Below are positions 35,088 through 45,279 of a stretch of DNA of 64,000 nt, one piece after another (position 1 is the first letter of the stretch; every line of letters begins with the position of its first letter). The notes below the pieces were generated by a model. It saw only the letters and a list, made by a program, of their open reading frames with translations, was not told the DNA's origin and searched no databases. The position numbers and the translations under genes are program-made. Source of the stretch: Candidatus Nomurabacteria bacterium (GTDB lineage: Bacteria > Patescibacteriota > Minisyncoccia > Phycocordibacterales > UBA918); contig CP060228.1 of NCBI GenBank assembly GCA_023898565.1, forward strand, positions 624,594 to 688,593. The letters are read 5' to 3'.

Positions 35088-35681
35088 TTAGGAGATCTCT
35101 CCTTGTTGTGGATGAAAGAGACGCCCTGGTTTACCAAATTCCGACAAGACAGTAAACCAGCCACCTGCCAGTGGAATAATGGAAACGTAGCGAAGTGGTA
35201 CGATTTCCTCGGCGGTTTGCCTGTCGAGCCAACCTTGCTTGCCGTTTTTGTAGACTGCAATATGGTCTTCGGCCCATTCGATTGACGCATAGCCATCATC
35301 GCCGATAACAGCGTGGTCACTTACTCGAAAAATGAAGCAACGCTTATGTTGGTCTACAAGATGGAAGAGTTCTTCTGATATTTCGAGAATGGAGTAGTAC
35401 CGAGCGGCGCCTAGTATCACTTGTTTACTTGGTATGTGAAACAGACCGCGGAATTCACCGCATTGTAGCTCGAGATACAGTCGACTTTTCTTTCGGGTGG
35501 GACGAATGCTGGTGTAGAGCAGTTTAGCAACAAGCTTGCCTTGATGCAGATCAAACAGGCCCCATTTGCTCGTACTGCTTTTTACCGCTATAAGGCCATC
35601 GGTTGCAATTTCATTACTGAAGTCCTTGAAGTCGACGTATTTTTTAGACAACCGCTCAAGCTGTGTGGGGGTTGAGCTCAT
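35088..35681 (-). CDS. WG-repeat protein, hypothetical
   Basis: Repeated K/G-W-G-hydrophobic-hydrophobic-D/N modules (SKWGLFDLHQGKL, GKQGWLDRQTAEEI, AGGWFTVLSEFGK). Confidence 0.5.
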   Translation of the reverse strand: MSSTPTQLERLSKKYVDFKDFSNEIATDGLIAVKSSTSKWGLFDLHQGKLVAKLLYTSIRPTRKKSRLYLELQCGEFRGLFHIPSKQVILGAARYYSILEISEELFHLVDQHKRCFIFRVSDHAVIGDDGYASIEWAEDHIAVYKNGKQGWLDRQTAEEIVPLRYVSIIPLAGGWFTVLSEFGKPGRLFHPQQGEIS

Positions 35682-35818
35682 GATTTGTCCTCATGAAAAA
35701 AGTTTGGAAAGAGCTGCCTCTGCTGGCACTTATAACTAAGTCTAACCACGATGTCAATAAACTATTGTTCTATCTCCAGATTTAGCTAAAAGTCCCCTGA
35801 ATGGGGACTTTTCGTGTG

Positions 35819-35901
35819 TGCGCCGGGCTGGATTCGAACCAGCGTAGACATATGTCAACGGATTTACAGTCCGTCGCGATTGACCGCTCCGCCACCGACG
35901 C
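35819..35901 (-). tRNA. tRNA-Tyr (anticodon GUA), long variable arm
   Basis: The reverse complement GCGTCGGTGGCGGAGCGGTCAATCGCGACGGACTGTAAATCCGTTGACATATGTCTACGCTGGTTCGAATCCAGCCCGGCGCA has the anticodon loop CTGTAAA. A hairpin terminator lies at ~35789-35812. Confidence 0.8.
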
Positions 35902-36067
35902 AGATACGTGATTGTCTCAAGGATTGTGCTTGAGTTGCAACAAAATAGCATATTTATTTCGTTTTTCAAAGCTTTAGTCACTCGGTGGTGTGGGTTGTGG
36001 ATGAGACAATGATCTGTATGACTAGGTGCTATACTAAATATATATTTGGTAATTTTATTTGAGAATT

Positions 36068-36928
36068 ATGAGATTTCTTCCTGTTATCGCGCTTATTGTG
36101 CTGCTGTTTGTATCTCCTGATGCATCTGTTGGCGCAGGATTGGCACCAAACTGTGCTGGCGCAACATGTGGCTCTTGTGATGTGGTGGCGATGGCAAACA
36201 ACATCGTGAAGTGGCTCATTGGGGTGCTCTTTGTGATTTTTGCCATTATGGTCGCTGCGGGTGGTTTTGGCTTAGTAACGTCTGGAGGAAATCAGGCTGC
36301 TAAGGAAGCAGCCAAGAGTCGTATTAGTAACGCTATTATCGGTATCGTGCTTGTGCTCGCAGCGTGGCTTTTGGTCGATACGCTTATGCGAGCATTGCTT
36401 TCAGGTACTGAAGGTAAGATTAATGGGAATTTCTGGTATACCATTGAGTGCACCCAGCAAACAGCTACTGAAGATGTGCCAAGCGAGGAAATCAAAATGC
36501 CAGAGGATGCAAATGGTGATCCGGTAGCTGACTGTAGTAACCCCGCTTCCTTAATTGCGAAGTTTAATGGGTCACCACAAGGGGTGGAGGATAATCCAGC
36601 ACTGAGGACCATGATTAATTGCTACCTAGCGGACCCGGGGATTGCTGCCTTGGTTGATACTTCTAAAATATTCACATATGACCAGTCACATCCTATTTGT
36701 GCCAACACTAACGGTAATCCAGTCTGTGGACCATGTAGTCACAGTCGCGGCTCATGTCACTATGGTCGAGGAAGTGGTAAAGGTGCACAGGCGGTTGACT
36801 TTAATGCTAAAGGTAACGCCGAAAATGAACTCTACAAGCTGATAAAGGCTAAACAAGGCGTGTGTGGTGGTAAGCTTAATCCTGAAGGAAATCATACACA
36901 CATCAGTCTTGATACTTGTGGAAGCTAA
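36068..36928 (+). CDS. fusion protein: TrbC/VirB2-like pilin N-module plus a C-terminal LAS-family (M15/VanY/YcbK-like) zinc peptidase domain
   Basis: N-terminal signal peptide and ANNIVKWLIGVLFVIFAIMVAAGGFGLVTSGGNQAAKEAAKSRISNAIIGIVLVLAAWLLV (pilin core). C-terminal ...CHYGRGSGKGAQAVDFNAKG...NPEGNHTHISLDTCGS fits an H-x(n)-D ... H-x-H zinc ligand pattern. The ORF-track start at 36059 is TTG, so I trimmed it to 36068. Confidence 0.55.
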   Translation: MRFLPVIALIVLLFVSPDASVGAGLAPNCAGATCGSCDVVAMANNIVKWLIGVLFVIFAIMVAAGGFGLVTSGGNQAAKEAAKSRISNAIIGIVLVLAAWLLVDTLMRALLSGTEGKINGNFWYTIECTQQTATEDVPSEEIKMPEDANGDPVADCSNPASLIAKFNGSPQGVEDNPALRTMINCYLADPGIAALVDTSKIFTYDQSHPICANTNGNPVCGPCSHSRGSCHYGRGSGKGAQAVDFNAKGNAENELYKLIKAKQGVCGGKLNPEGNHTHISLDTCGS

Positions 36929-36980
36929 GAAAAAGCGGCCCGAAGGGCCGCTTTTGATATCTAGTGTAAGGTGAATTTTG

Positions 36981-37051
36981 CGGGTCCACTCCGACTCGAA
37001 CGGAGGACGGCGGTTTTGGAGACCGCTGTTTTACCACTAAACTATAGACCC
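36981..37051 (-). tRNA. tRNA-Trp (anticodon CCA)
   Basis: The reverse complement GGGTCTATAGTTTAGTGGTAAAACAGCGGTCTCCAAAACCGCCGTCCTCCGTTCGAGTCGGAGTGGACCCG has the anticodon loop CTCCAAA. A hairpin AAAAAGCGGCC-CGAA-GGGCCGCTTTT lies at 36929-36955. Confidence 0.8.
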
Positions 37052-37111
37052 AAGTGGCACTCAAATTGAGTGCACCAATACTAGCCGATGTGGCGCGTAA
37101 GCGCAACTTGT

Positions 37112-38008
37112 TTATTCGGCGAGGAAGTCGCTTACGCGCCGCAAAATCGCTTCGCGATTTTGCGGCGCAAACCACTCAATTTCTTCATCTCGCTTCAGCC
37201 ATGTCAGTTGACGCTTGGCAAATTGTCGAATCTTGGTGTTCAGAACTTCAGTCATTTCTGATTCGCTCAGTTCGCCTTGGAGATGTCTCGCTAAGTAGCG
37301 ATATTCAAGGCCTATATCTTCCATGCGCTGGTAGTTGACTCCAGCTCCATGCAGATTTCTTGCCTCAACAATCATGCCACTCTTAAGGCGACTGATGAGG
37401 CGCCTGTAAATAGTATCGTGTAAGATTTCTTTTTCGATATCAATACCGAGTATTAGCCACTCATATGGGGACTCCGTTTCAGTTGGCAGAGGAACATTCC
37501 CGAGAGTGTGAATGATTTCAAGTGCGCGAATGAGGCGACGGCGGTTGTGTGTGTCGATAGTAGCAGCTCTCACAGAGTCTTTCTCAAGTAGCATTTCCAT
37601 CAAGGTGGCGTTCGAGAGGTTTCCAAGAGACTCTCGAAAAGTCTCGTCTGGCTCGACTGGTGCTGAGGTGCTTTTGCCTCGTAAGAGATCGAGATAGAAA
37701 AAGGAGCCGCCGGCGACAATCGGGGTGCGGCCGCGCTTCAGGATATCCTGAAGCGCGGCCGCACCGTCACGCGCAAAATCCGCCCCGGTGTACACATCCA
37801 TGGGGTCACAGATATCCAAGAGATGATGTGGCACCCCGTCCATTTCGTCTGTAGTGACTTTCCCTGTGCCTAGGTCCATTCCTCTGTATACTTGGCGTGA
37901 ATCAGCCGAAATCACCTCGCCGTTATACTTTTTGGCAAGTTCGATAGAAAGTGATGTTTTGCCGGAGGCGGTTGGGCCAACGACAGCGATTACTTTGGGC
38001 TTTGTCAT
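37112..38008 (-). CDS. miaA: tRNA dimethylallyltransferase
   Basis: P-loop VIAVVGPTASGKTSLSIELA and the motif ISADSRQVYRGMDIGT. Confidence 0.9.
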   Translation of the reverse strand: MTKPKVIAVVGPTASGKTSLSIELAKKYNGEVISADSRQVYRGMDLGTGKVTTDEMDGVPHHLLDICDPMDVYTGADFARDGAAALQDILKRGRTPIVAGGSFFYLDLLRGKSTSAPVEPDETFRESLGNLSNATLMEMLLEKDSVRAATIDTHNRRRLIRALEIIHTLGNVPLPTETESPYEWLILGIDIEKEILHDTIYRRLISRLKSGMIVEARNLHGAGVNYQRMEDIGLEYRYLARHLQGELSESEMTEVLNTKIRQFAKRQLTWLKRDEEIEWFAPQNREAILRRVSDFLAE

Positions 38009-38076
38009 ACGGGGAGTGTATCAGAAAAGTGGCAGTTTGTGGTATGATGCGGCCGTTAATGTTCTAAAATTTCGCT

Positions 38077-38673
38077 ATGGAAGAAGTAATCTACGAATCA
38101 GTTGACCTGTTTACCATTGGTGATGAAGTGCCGGAAGAACTGGCGTTTCCAATCTACCACAATGATGATATTGGCGAGCTTAGTTTTGAGTCGCTTCGAG
38201 GCAAATGGGTAATTTTGATGTTTTATCCTAAGGACTTTACGTTTGTCTGTCCGACTGAGCTTGGAGAAATGGCTTCACTCTACGAAGAATTTACCAAGGA
38301 AGGGGCAGAGATTGTATCTGTTTCTACCGATACTCCAGAGGTGCACAAAGCCTGGCATGACGTGTCACCGGCCATAAAGACTATCAATTTCCCGATGGCA
38401 GCTGATCCGAGTCACTTACTTTCAGATTTGTTTGGTGTGTTGGACGCTGAAGAAGGAGTGGCACGTCGGGGGACGTTCATTATTTCTCCGGACGGTGTGA
38501 TTAAGGGGGTGGAGATTACTGATGATGCAATTGGGCGCAGTGCAAAGGAAACACTTCGTAAGTTTAAGGCAGCAAAGTACGTAGGTGAGCATCCAAGCAA
38601 TGTATGTCCAGCGAGTTGGAACGAAGGTGATGAAACGCTTACACCAGGCGTAGATATGGTAGGGAAGATTTAA
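38077..38673 (+). CDS. 2-Cys peroxiredoxin (AhpC/Tsa family)
   Basis: Peroxidatic Cys in FTFVCPTE and the resolving Cys in NVCPASW. Confidence 0.9.
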   Translation: MEEVIYESVDLFTIGDEVPEELAFPIYHNDDIGELSFESLRGKWVILMFYPKDFTFVCPTELGEMASLYEEFTKEGAEIVSVSTDTPEVHKAWHDVSPAIKTINFPMAADPSHLLSDLFGVLDAEEGVARRGTFIISPDGVIKGVEITDDAIGRSAKETLRKFKAAKYVGEHPSNVCPASWNEGDETLTPGVDMVGKI

Positions 38674-38721
38674 GGGATGGAGAAGTAAAAGAGCGCCGGC
38701 GAAGCCGGCGCTCTTTTATCT

Positions 38722-38803
38722 GTGCCTCGGGAGGGAGTCGAACCCTCAAGCCTTGCGGCATACGATTTTGAGTCGTACGTGTATACCAATTCCACCACCG
38801 AGG
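38722..38803 (-). tRNA. tRNA-Leu (anticodon CAA), long variable arm
   Basis: The reverse complement GCCTCGGTGGTGGAATTGGTATACACGTACGACTCAAAATCGTATGCCGCAAGGCTTGAGGGTTCGACTCCCTCCCGAGGCA has the anticodon loop CTCAAAA. A terminator hairpin lies at 38687-38717. Confidence 0.8.
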
Positions 38804-38960
38804 CAGGTGTGATGTGAGGATGAGTGTAGCAGATTATGGCGGAAATGAGAACTATTTGAGATGAGCTGCGCCTATTTCGCTGTGCATAACTCACCTGTGT
38901 TAGAATACTCTTATATCGAGTGTTGGACGCTCGGAGGTATTTGAACGATAGTTTTTTCCT

Positions 38961-40250
38961 ATGGCATTTCAAGGTGATTCAATTTATTGGGTAGAAGTAG
39001 AAAAGGTAGTTCCGAATCCGTTTCAACCCCGACGCGAATTTGATCAGGCAAAGCTGCAAGAGCTGTCTGATTCTATTCGCATGTACGGTGTGTTGCAGCC
39101 GCTCACAGTGACACGGAAAGAGATTCAGCGCGAAGATGGTACGTTTTACTCAGAGTATGAGCTCATCGCTGGTGAGCGTCGTTTGCGTGCGAGTAAACTG
39201 GCTGGCGTTGCACAAGTGCCGGTGATTATTCGTGAAGGTGAGCAAAATGAACAAGAAAAGCTTGAGCTTGCGATCATCGAAAACCTCCAGCGTGAAGACT
39301 TAAATGCCGTAGACCGTGCCATTGCCTTTAAGCAACTGGCTGACATGTTTGGTCTCTCTCACGCACAGGTGGCACAGAAAATGGGCCGTAGTCGTGAATA
39401 TGTCTCCAACTCTATCCGTCTCCTTGGTCTTCCAGAACATATGCTGCAGGCGCTTAAAACCGGTGAAATGATGGAGGGGCATGCTCGCACACTCCTTATG
39501 CTTACCGATCGTCCTGAAGAACAGGAGGTCGTCTTTCGGGAAATTCTTCTCAAGAAGCTTTCGGTGCGTGAAGTAGAGCGTATTGTACGCAAGATTGCGA
39601 CCGATAAGGTGCGCAAAAAGAACCCAGGTGAGTTTGATGCAAATCTAATTGATTTTGAAAAGCGCTTTACTGAAACTTTGGGTACACGCGTCCAGATTCA
39701 AAAGACTGATTTTGGCGGCAAGCTAACCATCGATTATTTTTCTGAAGATGATTTGGAGAGTATTTTGAAGCGCATCAAAGATGAGGTGGCGGAGCAGTCA
39801 GGGGGCGCGACGGCAGTTGCTGCACTTGCTGCAGCGACACCGCTTGAAATGTCCGCCAGGGAATCTGTCGTGGCAACGGAGACGCCGACAGAGTCTGCTG
39901 TACACCAGGCTACTGCCGAACATATTCTCTCATCACACATACGAGAAGACTCAGCTGAAAAGGTCTGGCAGCCGATTATGCCATCGCCAGAAAATGACTC
40001 GACTCCTCTGACGCCAGTTCAGACTCAGACTATGTCCGAATATAAGTCGGCTGAGCCAGTTTTACCGGTCGAGCAAGACCAATATGCAACAACAACAGCA
40101 CATTCAGTGGTAGAGCCACCAACACCTCTGATGAGTGCCGACGAACAAACACCAGAGCCAAAAGAGACCAGTCTTTCTGACGTGCAACACACACCGGAAC
40201 CAGTTGCTGACGATAGTGATTTGTACTCAATTCGAAACTTTGGTGTTTAA
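38961..40250 (+). CDS. parB: ParB/Spo0J partition protein with a long low-complexity acidic Pro/Thr-rich C-terminal extension
   Basis: ParB box GERRLRAS and an HTH, followed by ~140 aa of low-complexity tail. Confidence 0.8.
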   Translation: MAFQGDSIYWVEVEKVVPNPFQPRREFDQAKLQELSDSIRMYGVLQPLTVTRKEIQREDGTFYSEYELIAGERRLRASKLAGVAQVPVIIREGEQNEQEKLELAIIENLQREDLNAVDRAIAFKQLADMFGLSHAQVAQKMGRSREYVSNSIRLLGLPEHMLQALKTGEMMEGHARTLLMLTDRPEEQEVVFREILLKKLSVREVERIVRKIATDKVRKKNPGEFDANLIDFEKRFTETLGTRVQIQKTDFGGKLTIDYFSEDDLESILKRIKDEVAEQSGGATAVAALAAATPLEMSARESVVATETPTESAVHQATAEHILSSHIREDSAEKVWQPIMPSPENDSTPLTPVQTQTMSEYKSAEPVLPVEQDQYATTTAHSVVEPPTPLMSADEQTPEPKETSLSDVQHTPEPVADDSDLYSIRNFGV

Positions 40251-41806
40251 AGTTCGTGTTCGACTGCGTTTCGTATACGCCGCCGTGCCAAAGAAGTTTT
40301 TGCAAAGTCGAGCCATTTTGGGCTCGGTTTTGCTGATTTACGGGTTTCAATTTCCACAATGTCGCCATTTTTGAGCACTGTTTCAAGCGAAACGAGCTTT
40401 CGGTTTACCTTTGCGCCAGAGGTGTGATCTCCTACTTCTGAGTGAATAGCATAGGCGAAGTCAATCGGAGTGGCGCCGACAGGGAGGTCGACCACATCGC
40501 CAGTTGGAGTAAAGACAAAAATACGATTTGAGAAGAAGTCAGACTGGGCATCTGCCACAAACTCGCTGGTTGGATTTTTGGTGTCTGGGTTGTAGGTTTG
40601 GCCAATCTGTGAAATCCAGCGGGGGATTTTGTGCTGGTGGGAGGTTTCTTCTGATATGGCTTTCACGGTCTCCGCTTCTTCAGTTTCGATGTCTCGTTTT
40701 GAAAATGGTTTAAAGAGGCTTGGGATTAGGGTTGAGAACATCGAGGGTTTTTTAGGAGGGAGTGGATCACTGACAGCTGGCTGCTTATAAAACACATGCG
40801 AAGCGACACCAAATTCAGCTTCTTGGTGCATTTGCTTGGTGCGAATCTGAATCTCCATGATAACTCCATTTGGAGTAGTGACGGTGGTGTGGATTGACTG
40901 ATAGCCGTTTGGTTTTGGAAACGCAATGTAGTCTTTTACTCGCTGTGGTAGTGGTCGCCAGAGATCATGGATAATGCCGAGCGCTCGGTAGCAGTCTTCG
41001 ACGGTTGTGACTACAACGCGCATGGCCATCAAGTCGTACACATCATCAATATTCCACTCCTTACGTTTGAGTTTGTGGTACAGACTGTAAAGACCTTTAA
41101 CACGATAGGAAGTTTGAAAATTGAGTAGATTACGGTCAGCCAGGCGTTTTTGCAGAATTTTTCGTTCGCGTTCGAGCACTTCTTTGGCGTTGCCAAAACG
41201 CTTGATAAGTAGTTCGGTAACACGTTTGGCGTCTTCTGGATAAACGTACGGGAAAGCTAAGTCTTCGAGCTCTTTACGCAACTTACCCATTCCGAGCCGG
41301 TGCGCCACTGGAACGTAAATTTCTAGCGTTTCTCTGGCAATGCGCTGCTGTTTTTCGGCTGGCACGTGGTGTAGTGTCTCCATGTTGTGGAGACGGTCCA
41401 CGAGCTTAATGATAAGCACGCGAATATCTTGGCTGGTAGCAACAAACAACTTCCGTAAACTTTCGTTGTGACGGTCGGTGCCGTAGTAGCGCACTGAGCT
41501 GAGTTTCGTAACGCCTTCGACGAGAAAAAGTACTTCATCACCAAATTCACGTTTTAAATCATCGTCGGTTACCTCGGTGTCCTCGATGGTATCATGAAGC
41601 AGTCCTGCGCAAATGGTGCGCGGCCCCATGCCCATAGCGGCGAGCTTGTATCCGACAGCAGCTGTGTGAATCATGTAGGGATCGCCAGAATAACGTTTAT
41701 GGTCCTTGTGAGCTTCCGCAGCAAAGCTGTAGGCTTTACGAACTAGTTCACGATCAGTGTCGCTCGGGTGATTGAGTTGGGCAATAATTTCATCTGCTGA
41801 GTGCAT
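40247..41806 (-). CDS. bifunctional (p)ppGpp synthetase/hydrolase (RelA/SpoT homolog), compact form
   Basis: HD hydrolase motif (LLHDTIEDT) and the synthetase domain (YQSIHTTV), with a short C-terminal region. Confidence 0.85.
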   Translation of the reverse strand: MHSADEIIAQLNHPSDTDRELVRKAYSFAAEAHKDHKRYSGDPYMIHTAAVGYKLAAMGMGPRTICAGLLHDTIEDTEVTDDDLKREFGDEVLFLVEGVTKLSSVRYYGTDRHNESLRKLFVATSQDIRVLIIKLVDRLHNMETLHHVPAEKQQRIARETLEIYVPVAHRLGMGKLRKELEDLAFPYVYPEDAKRVTELLIKRFGNAKEVLERERKILQKRLADRNLLNFQTSYRVKGLYSLYHKLKRKEWNIDDVYDLMAMRVVVTTVEDCYRALGIIHDLWRPLPQRVKDYIAFPKPNGYQSIHTTVTTPNGVIMEIQIRTKQMHQEAEFGVASHVFYKQPAVSDPLPPKKPSMFSTLIPSLFKPFSKRDIETEEAETVKAISEETSHQHKIPRWISQIGQTYNPDTKNPTSEFVADAQSDFFSNRIFVFTPTGDVVDLPVGATPIDFAYAIHSEVGDHTSGAKVNRKLVSLETVLKNGDIVEIETRKSAKPSPKWLDFAKTSLARRRIRNAVEHEL

Positions 41807-41895
41807 CTTTTCATTCTAGAGACAGAAGGGGAAAAAGACAAGGAGGAGGGGGTATAAAACGGCCCGAACCTACAAGGTTCGGGCCGTTTTTGAGT

Positions 41896-44253
41896 TTACT
41901 GCTTTAGTAGCTCCATCGCCACTTCAAGCGTAATATCTTCAGTCTTGATATTGTCTGGAATGCCGATGCGCTTAAAGCCTTTTTTCAGATAGCGTCCTGA
42001 TTTTGATTCAAACACGTTCACGAGCTTACGAGTTTTTGGGTTCACACCCAGTTCTTTGAGCAGCTTTTCTCCCTTTCGGAGCTGCTTTGGTTCAGCAAGA
42101 ATTTCGAGTGCGCGTTCGTAAGTGATGGTGTATGGATCGTCTTCGCCCTTCAGTGAACGGAAATCACCAGCGTGCCCAATGTACGGCCCGTACTGACCCG
42201 TGTTGGCAATAATCGGCTCTTCGGTCTTTGGATGGAGGCCAAGTTCACGCGGGAGTAAGAGGAATTTTACTGCGTCTTTGAGTGTGACATCTTCAGGCTT
42301 CATGCCAGCTGGCAGTGAGGCGCGCTTAGGGGTTGGGGTTTTCTTGCCCTTTACTTTCTCTGGTGTGGAGCCGAGCTGCACGTATGGGCCAAAGCGACCG
42401 TTGAGTACGAAGATTGGTTCTCCTGTTTCTGGATGGTTGCCGATTGGTTCATCAGCCTTTACTTCAGAACCATCGATGAGGCGGGCACCCTCACAATCTG
42501 GGTAGCGACTACATGAGAGGAAGGTGCCGTTGCGGCCAAGTTTCTTCACCATGTTGGCGCCACAGTCTGGGCAAGGGAACTCTTTTGGTCCAGGGCCAAG
42601 CGTGGTGAGCTTCTCGATATCTTCTTTAGCGGCTACAGCCTTGGTGAATGGTGTGTAAAAATCCTTGAGGGTTTTGAGGTAGGTGCGGTCACCAGTGGCA
42701 ATCTCATCAAGTTCGTCTTCCATTTCAGAGGTAAAGTCATCGCTGATGTAGTCAGCAAAGTGTTCTTCGAGGAAGGTGGATACTACATCGCCAGTGTCGG
42801 TCGGAATGAGCGTGCGACCTTCTTTTTCAACATAACCACGCTGCACAATGGTATTCATGATTGAGGCGTAGGTAGACGGGCGACCGATACCGCGCTTTTC
42901 AAGTTCTTTAATGAGACCGGCTTCAGTGTAGCGGTTTGGTGGTTGGGTTTGTTTAGCTTCGATATCGACGCTTTTGCAAGAAAGCATGTCGCCTTTGGCG
43001 AGCTTTGGCACTTCGGTATCTTCGCCGCGCGCGCGTGGGTCGGCTTTAAGCCAGCCGTCAAAAATGACGCGGGAACCATTCACTGCAAAGTCAGGAATAG
43101 TTTCTTTGCTGTCGGTGACATTGGTGATGAGCTTGGTGCGCTTTAAGGTCGCGTCGGCCATTTGTGATGCGACCGCCCGCTCCCAGATGAGTTCATAGAG
43201 TGCTTTTTGATCTCCGGTAGAGCCGGCCTGGTGTTTGCCAAAGTTAGTCGGCCGAACCGCTTCGTGAGCCTCTTGTGCGTTCTTACTCTTGCTTTTGTAC
43301 GTGCGTGGCTGGACGTACGACTCACCATACTCTTTATGAAGGAGAGCAATGATTTGCTTCTGTGCTTGAGCTGAAAGGGTGGTGCTGTCAGTACGCATGT
43401 AGGTGATGTGACCGGCTTCGTAGAGTTTTTGCGCCGCGCCCATGGTGCGAGACGGTGAGAAGCCTAGGCGAGTGCTGGCGGTCTGCTGGAGCGTCGAGGT
43501 AGTAAACGGTGGGCGCGGCGCACGCTTCGCCTCAGTTTCTTTAATATCAGAAATTACCCAGTCGTGTTTTTCGCCGACTGTCTTAATACGCTCCGCTTCT
43601 TTTACGTCAGTCGGCTCAGTGCTACAAGTAAACGGTATAACCGCTTTACTGTCCTTCAGATTCGCCGTCAGCACAAAATAATCTTCCGGAATAAAAGCGC
43701 GGATTTCACGCTCACGCTCCATTACGATACGTAGTGCTGGCGACTGCACGCGACCAGCCGAGAGGCCATAGCGCACTTTTTTCCAGATGAGACCAGACAG
43801 GTCGTAGCCCACCAAGCGGTCGAGCACACGACGCGCTTCCTGCGCTTCTTTGAGATTTTCATCAATCTTGCGCGGATGCTCAATCGCTTCCTGGACGGCG
43901 TCCTTGGTAATTTCATTAAACGCCACACGCTTGAGGTTTTTGTTGTGTGGCTTCAGTAGCTCGGCCACATGCCAGGCAATCGCTTCACCTTCACGGTCGG
44001 GGTCGGAAGCAAGTAGCACCTCGTCGGCCTTTTCTGCAGCCTTTTGCAGTCCCTCAATTACCTTCGCCTTACCCGGAGAAATAATATAGCGCGGCACAAA
44101 CCCGCCCTCGATGTCGACGGCGTCTTTGTTGGTCTTTGGCAGGTCGCGGACATGGCCAATAGAAGACAGTACTTTATAGCCAGTACCGAGATATTTCTCG
44201 ATAGTTTTGGCCTTGGCTGGCGACTCTACGATTACGAGGGTTTGCTTGCTCAT
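41896..44253 (-). CDS. topA: DNA topoisomerase I
   Basis: TOPRIM domain LVIVESPAKAKTI..., the active-site Tyr region, and C-terminal zinc-ribbon motifs (CPDCG...C). Confidence 0.9.
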   Translation of the reverse strand: MSKQTLVIVESPAKAKTIEKYLGTGYKVLSSIGHVRDLPKTNKDAVDIEGGFVPRYIISPGKAKVIEGLQKAAEKADEVLLASDPDREGEAIAWHVAELLKPHNKNLKRVAFNEITKDAVQEAIEHPRKIDENLKEAQEARRVLDRLVGYDLSGLIWKKVRYGLSAGRVQSPALRIVMEREREIRAFIPEDYFVLTANLKDSKAVIPFTCSTEPTDVKEAERIKTVGEKHDWVISDIKETEAKRAPRPPFTTSTLQQTASTRLGFSPSRTMGAAQKLYEAGHITYMRTDSTTLSAQAQKQIIALLHKEYGESYVQPRTYKSKSKNAQEAHEAVRPTNFGKHQAGSTGDQKALYELIWERAVASQMADATLKRTKLITNVTDSKETIPDFAVNGSRVIFDGWLKADPRARGEDTEVPKLAKGDMLSCKSVDIEAKQTQPPNRYTEAGLIKELEKRGIGRPSTYASIMNTIVQRGYVEKEGRTLIPTDTGDVVSTFLEEHFADYISDDFTSEMEDELDEIATGDRTYLKTLKDFYTPFTKAVAAKEDIEKLTTLGPGPKEFPCPDCGANMVKKLGRNGTFLSCSRYPDCEGARLIDGSEVKADEPIGNHPETGEPIFVLNGRFGPYVQLGSTPEKVKGKKTPTPKRASLPAGMKPEDVTLKDAVKFLLLPRELGLHPKTEEPIIANTGQYGPYIGHAGDFRSLKGEDDPYTITYERALEILAEPKQLRKGEKLLKELGVNPKTRKLVNVFESKSGRYLKKGFKRIGIPDNIKTEDITLEVAMELLKQ

Positions 44254-44336
44254 ATATTAGGTGAGATTAATAATTAGTTTTATTGAGGCTAATAAATACT
44301 AGTCAGCGTAGATTCTGTCAACTTCTTTGTAGCACA

Positions 44337-45200
44337 CTAGCGTGTTCGTCGATATATATTTTGCTCTGAAACAATGCAGCCTTGAAGTTCGAGTAACATG
44401 AGTGTCTGGGAGGCTTCGGCAGTAGGAATGGCTAGTTTTCTGATTAGTTCGTCTCTGTGGACGGGTTCTTGGAGAAGGTCAAGTATTCTCGCTTCGGCTG
44501 GGGACAAGTCGAGTGTGTTTTGGGTTGGAGTATCAGAATCGTGCGGAATATTAAGTGCTTCGAGAATGTCTGCAGCACAGGTAACGGGTGTCGCACCAAG
44601 CTTGAGGAATTGGTGTACACCAGCACTATTGGCGGAAAATATACTGCCCGGCACCACTAAAAGTTCACGATTATAGTCGGCGGTCATTCTTGCGGTAATC
44701 AAGGTACCGGATTTTTCTGCTGCCTCTACGAGCAAAGTAGCTTTGCTAATGCCTGCCACCAGGCGATTGCGTTGCGGGAATGACCATTTGGTGGCGCGGA
44801 AGTCAGGAGTAAATTCTGATAATAGTCCACCACCAGATTCTAAAATACGGTGAGCGAGTCGCTTGTGGCTACTCGGATAGAGTACATCATCACCAAGGCC
44901 GCTGCCGGGGATGGCGAGGGTATACATATTATTAGAGAGTGCTGCTTCGTGTGCAAGCGAGTCGATGCCAAGCGCCAGGCCAGATACAATGCCGATAGGG
45001 TAGTTGTGCAGGCCGCCGACTAGTTCGTTAAGCACTTGTTTGCCGTAGGTGGTGTATTTGCGAGAACCGACGATGGAGAGGAGAGTGAGGTCGGCGGCCG
45101 GCAGTTGTCCTCGGTAATTGAGGGTGGTAGGCGGCTGCGGAATTTCCCGCAGGCCTGCGGGAAATTCCGCAGCTGGGACGTCTTTAATCTCAAAGTGCAT
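44337..45200 (-). CDS. dprA: DNA processing protein DprA (Smf)
   Basis: Rossmann-like core IVGSRKYTTYGKQVLNELV...IVSGLALGIDSLAHEAAL. Confidence 0.8.
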   Translation of the reverse strand: MHFEIKDVPAAEFPAGLREIPQPPTTLNYRGQLPAADLTLLSIVGSRKYTTYGKQVLNELVGGLHNYPIGIVSGLALGIDSLAHEAALSNNMYTLAIPGSGLGDDVLYPSSHKRLAHRILESGGGLLSEFTPDFRATKWSFPQRNRLVAGISKATLLVEAAEKSGTLITARMTADYNRELLVVPGSIFSANSAGVHQFLKLGATPVTCAADILEALNIPHDSDTPTQNTLDLSPAEARILDLLQEPVHRDELIRKLAIPTAEASQTLMLLELQGCIVSEQNIYRRTR

Positions 45201-45279
45201 GGCTAAATGCTAGCACACACTTGAAACCAGCGCGGATACTTTGTTCGACGTGCGTGCTATCATATTTATAACGATATTT

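Noticed and set aside
35754-35981. 75-aa ORF overlapping tRNA-Tyr, and 38670-38972 overlapping tRNA-Leu(CAA)
   Set aside because: Both overlap tRNA genes and their terminator hairpins.
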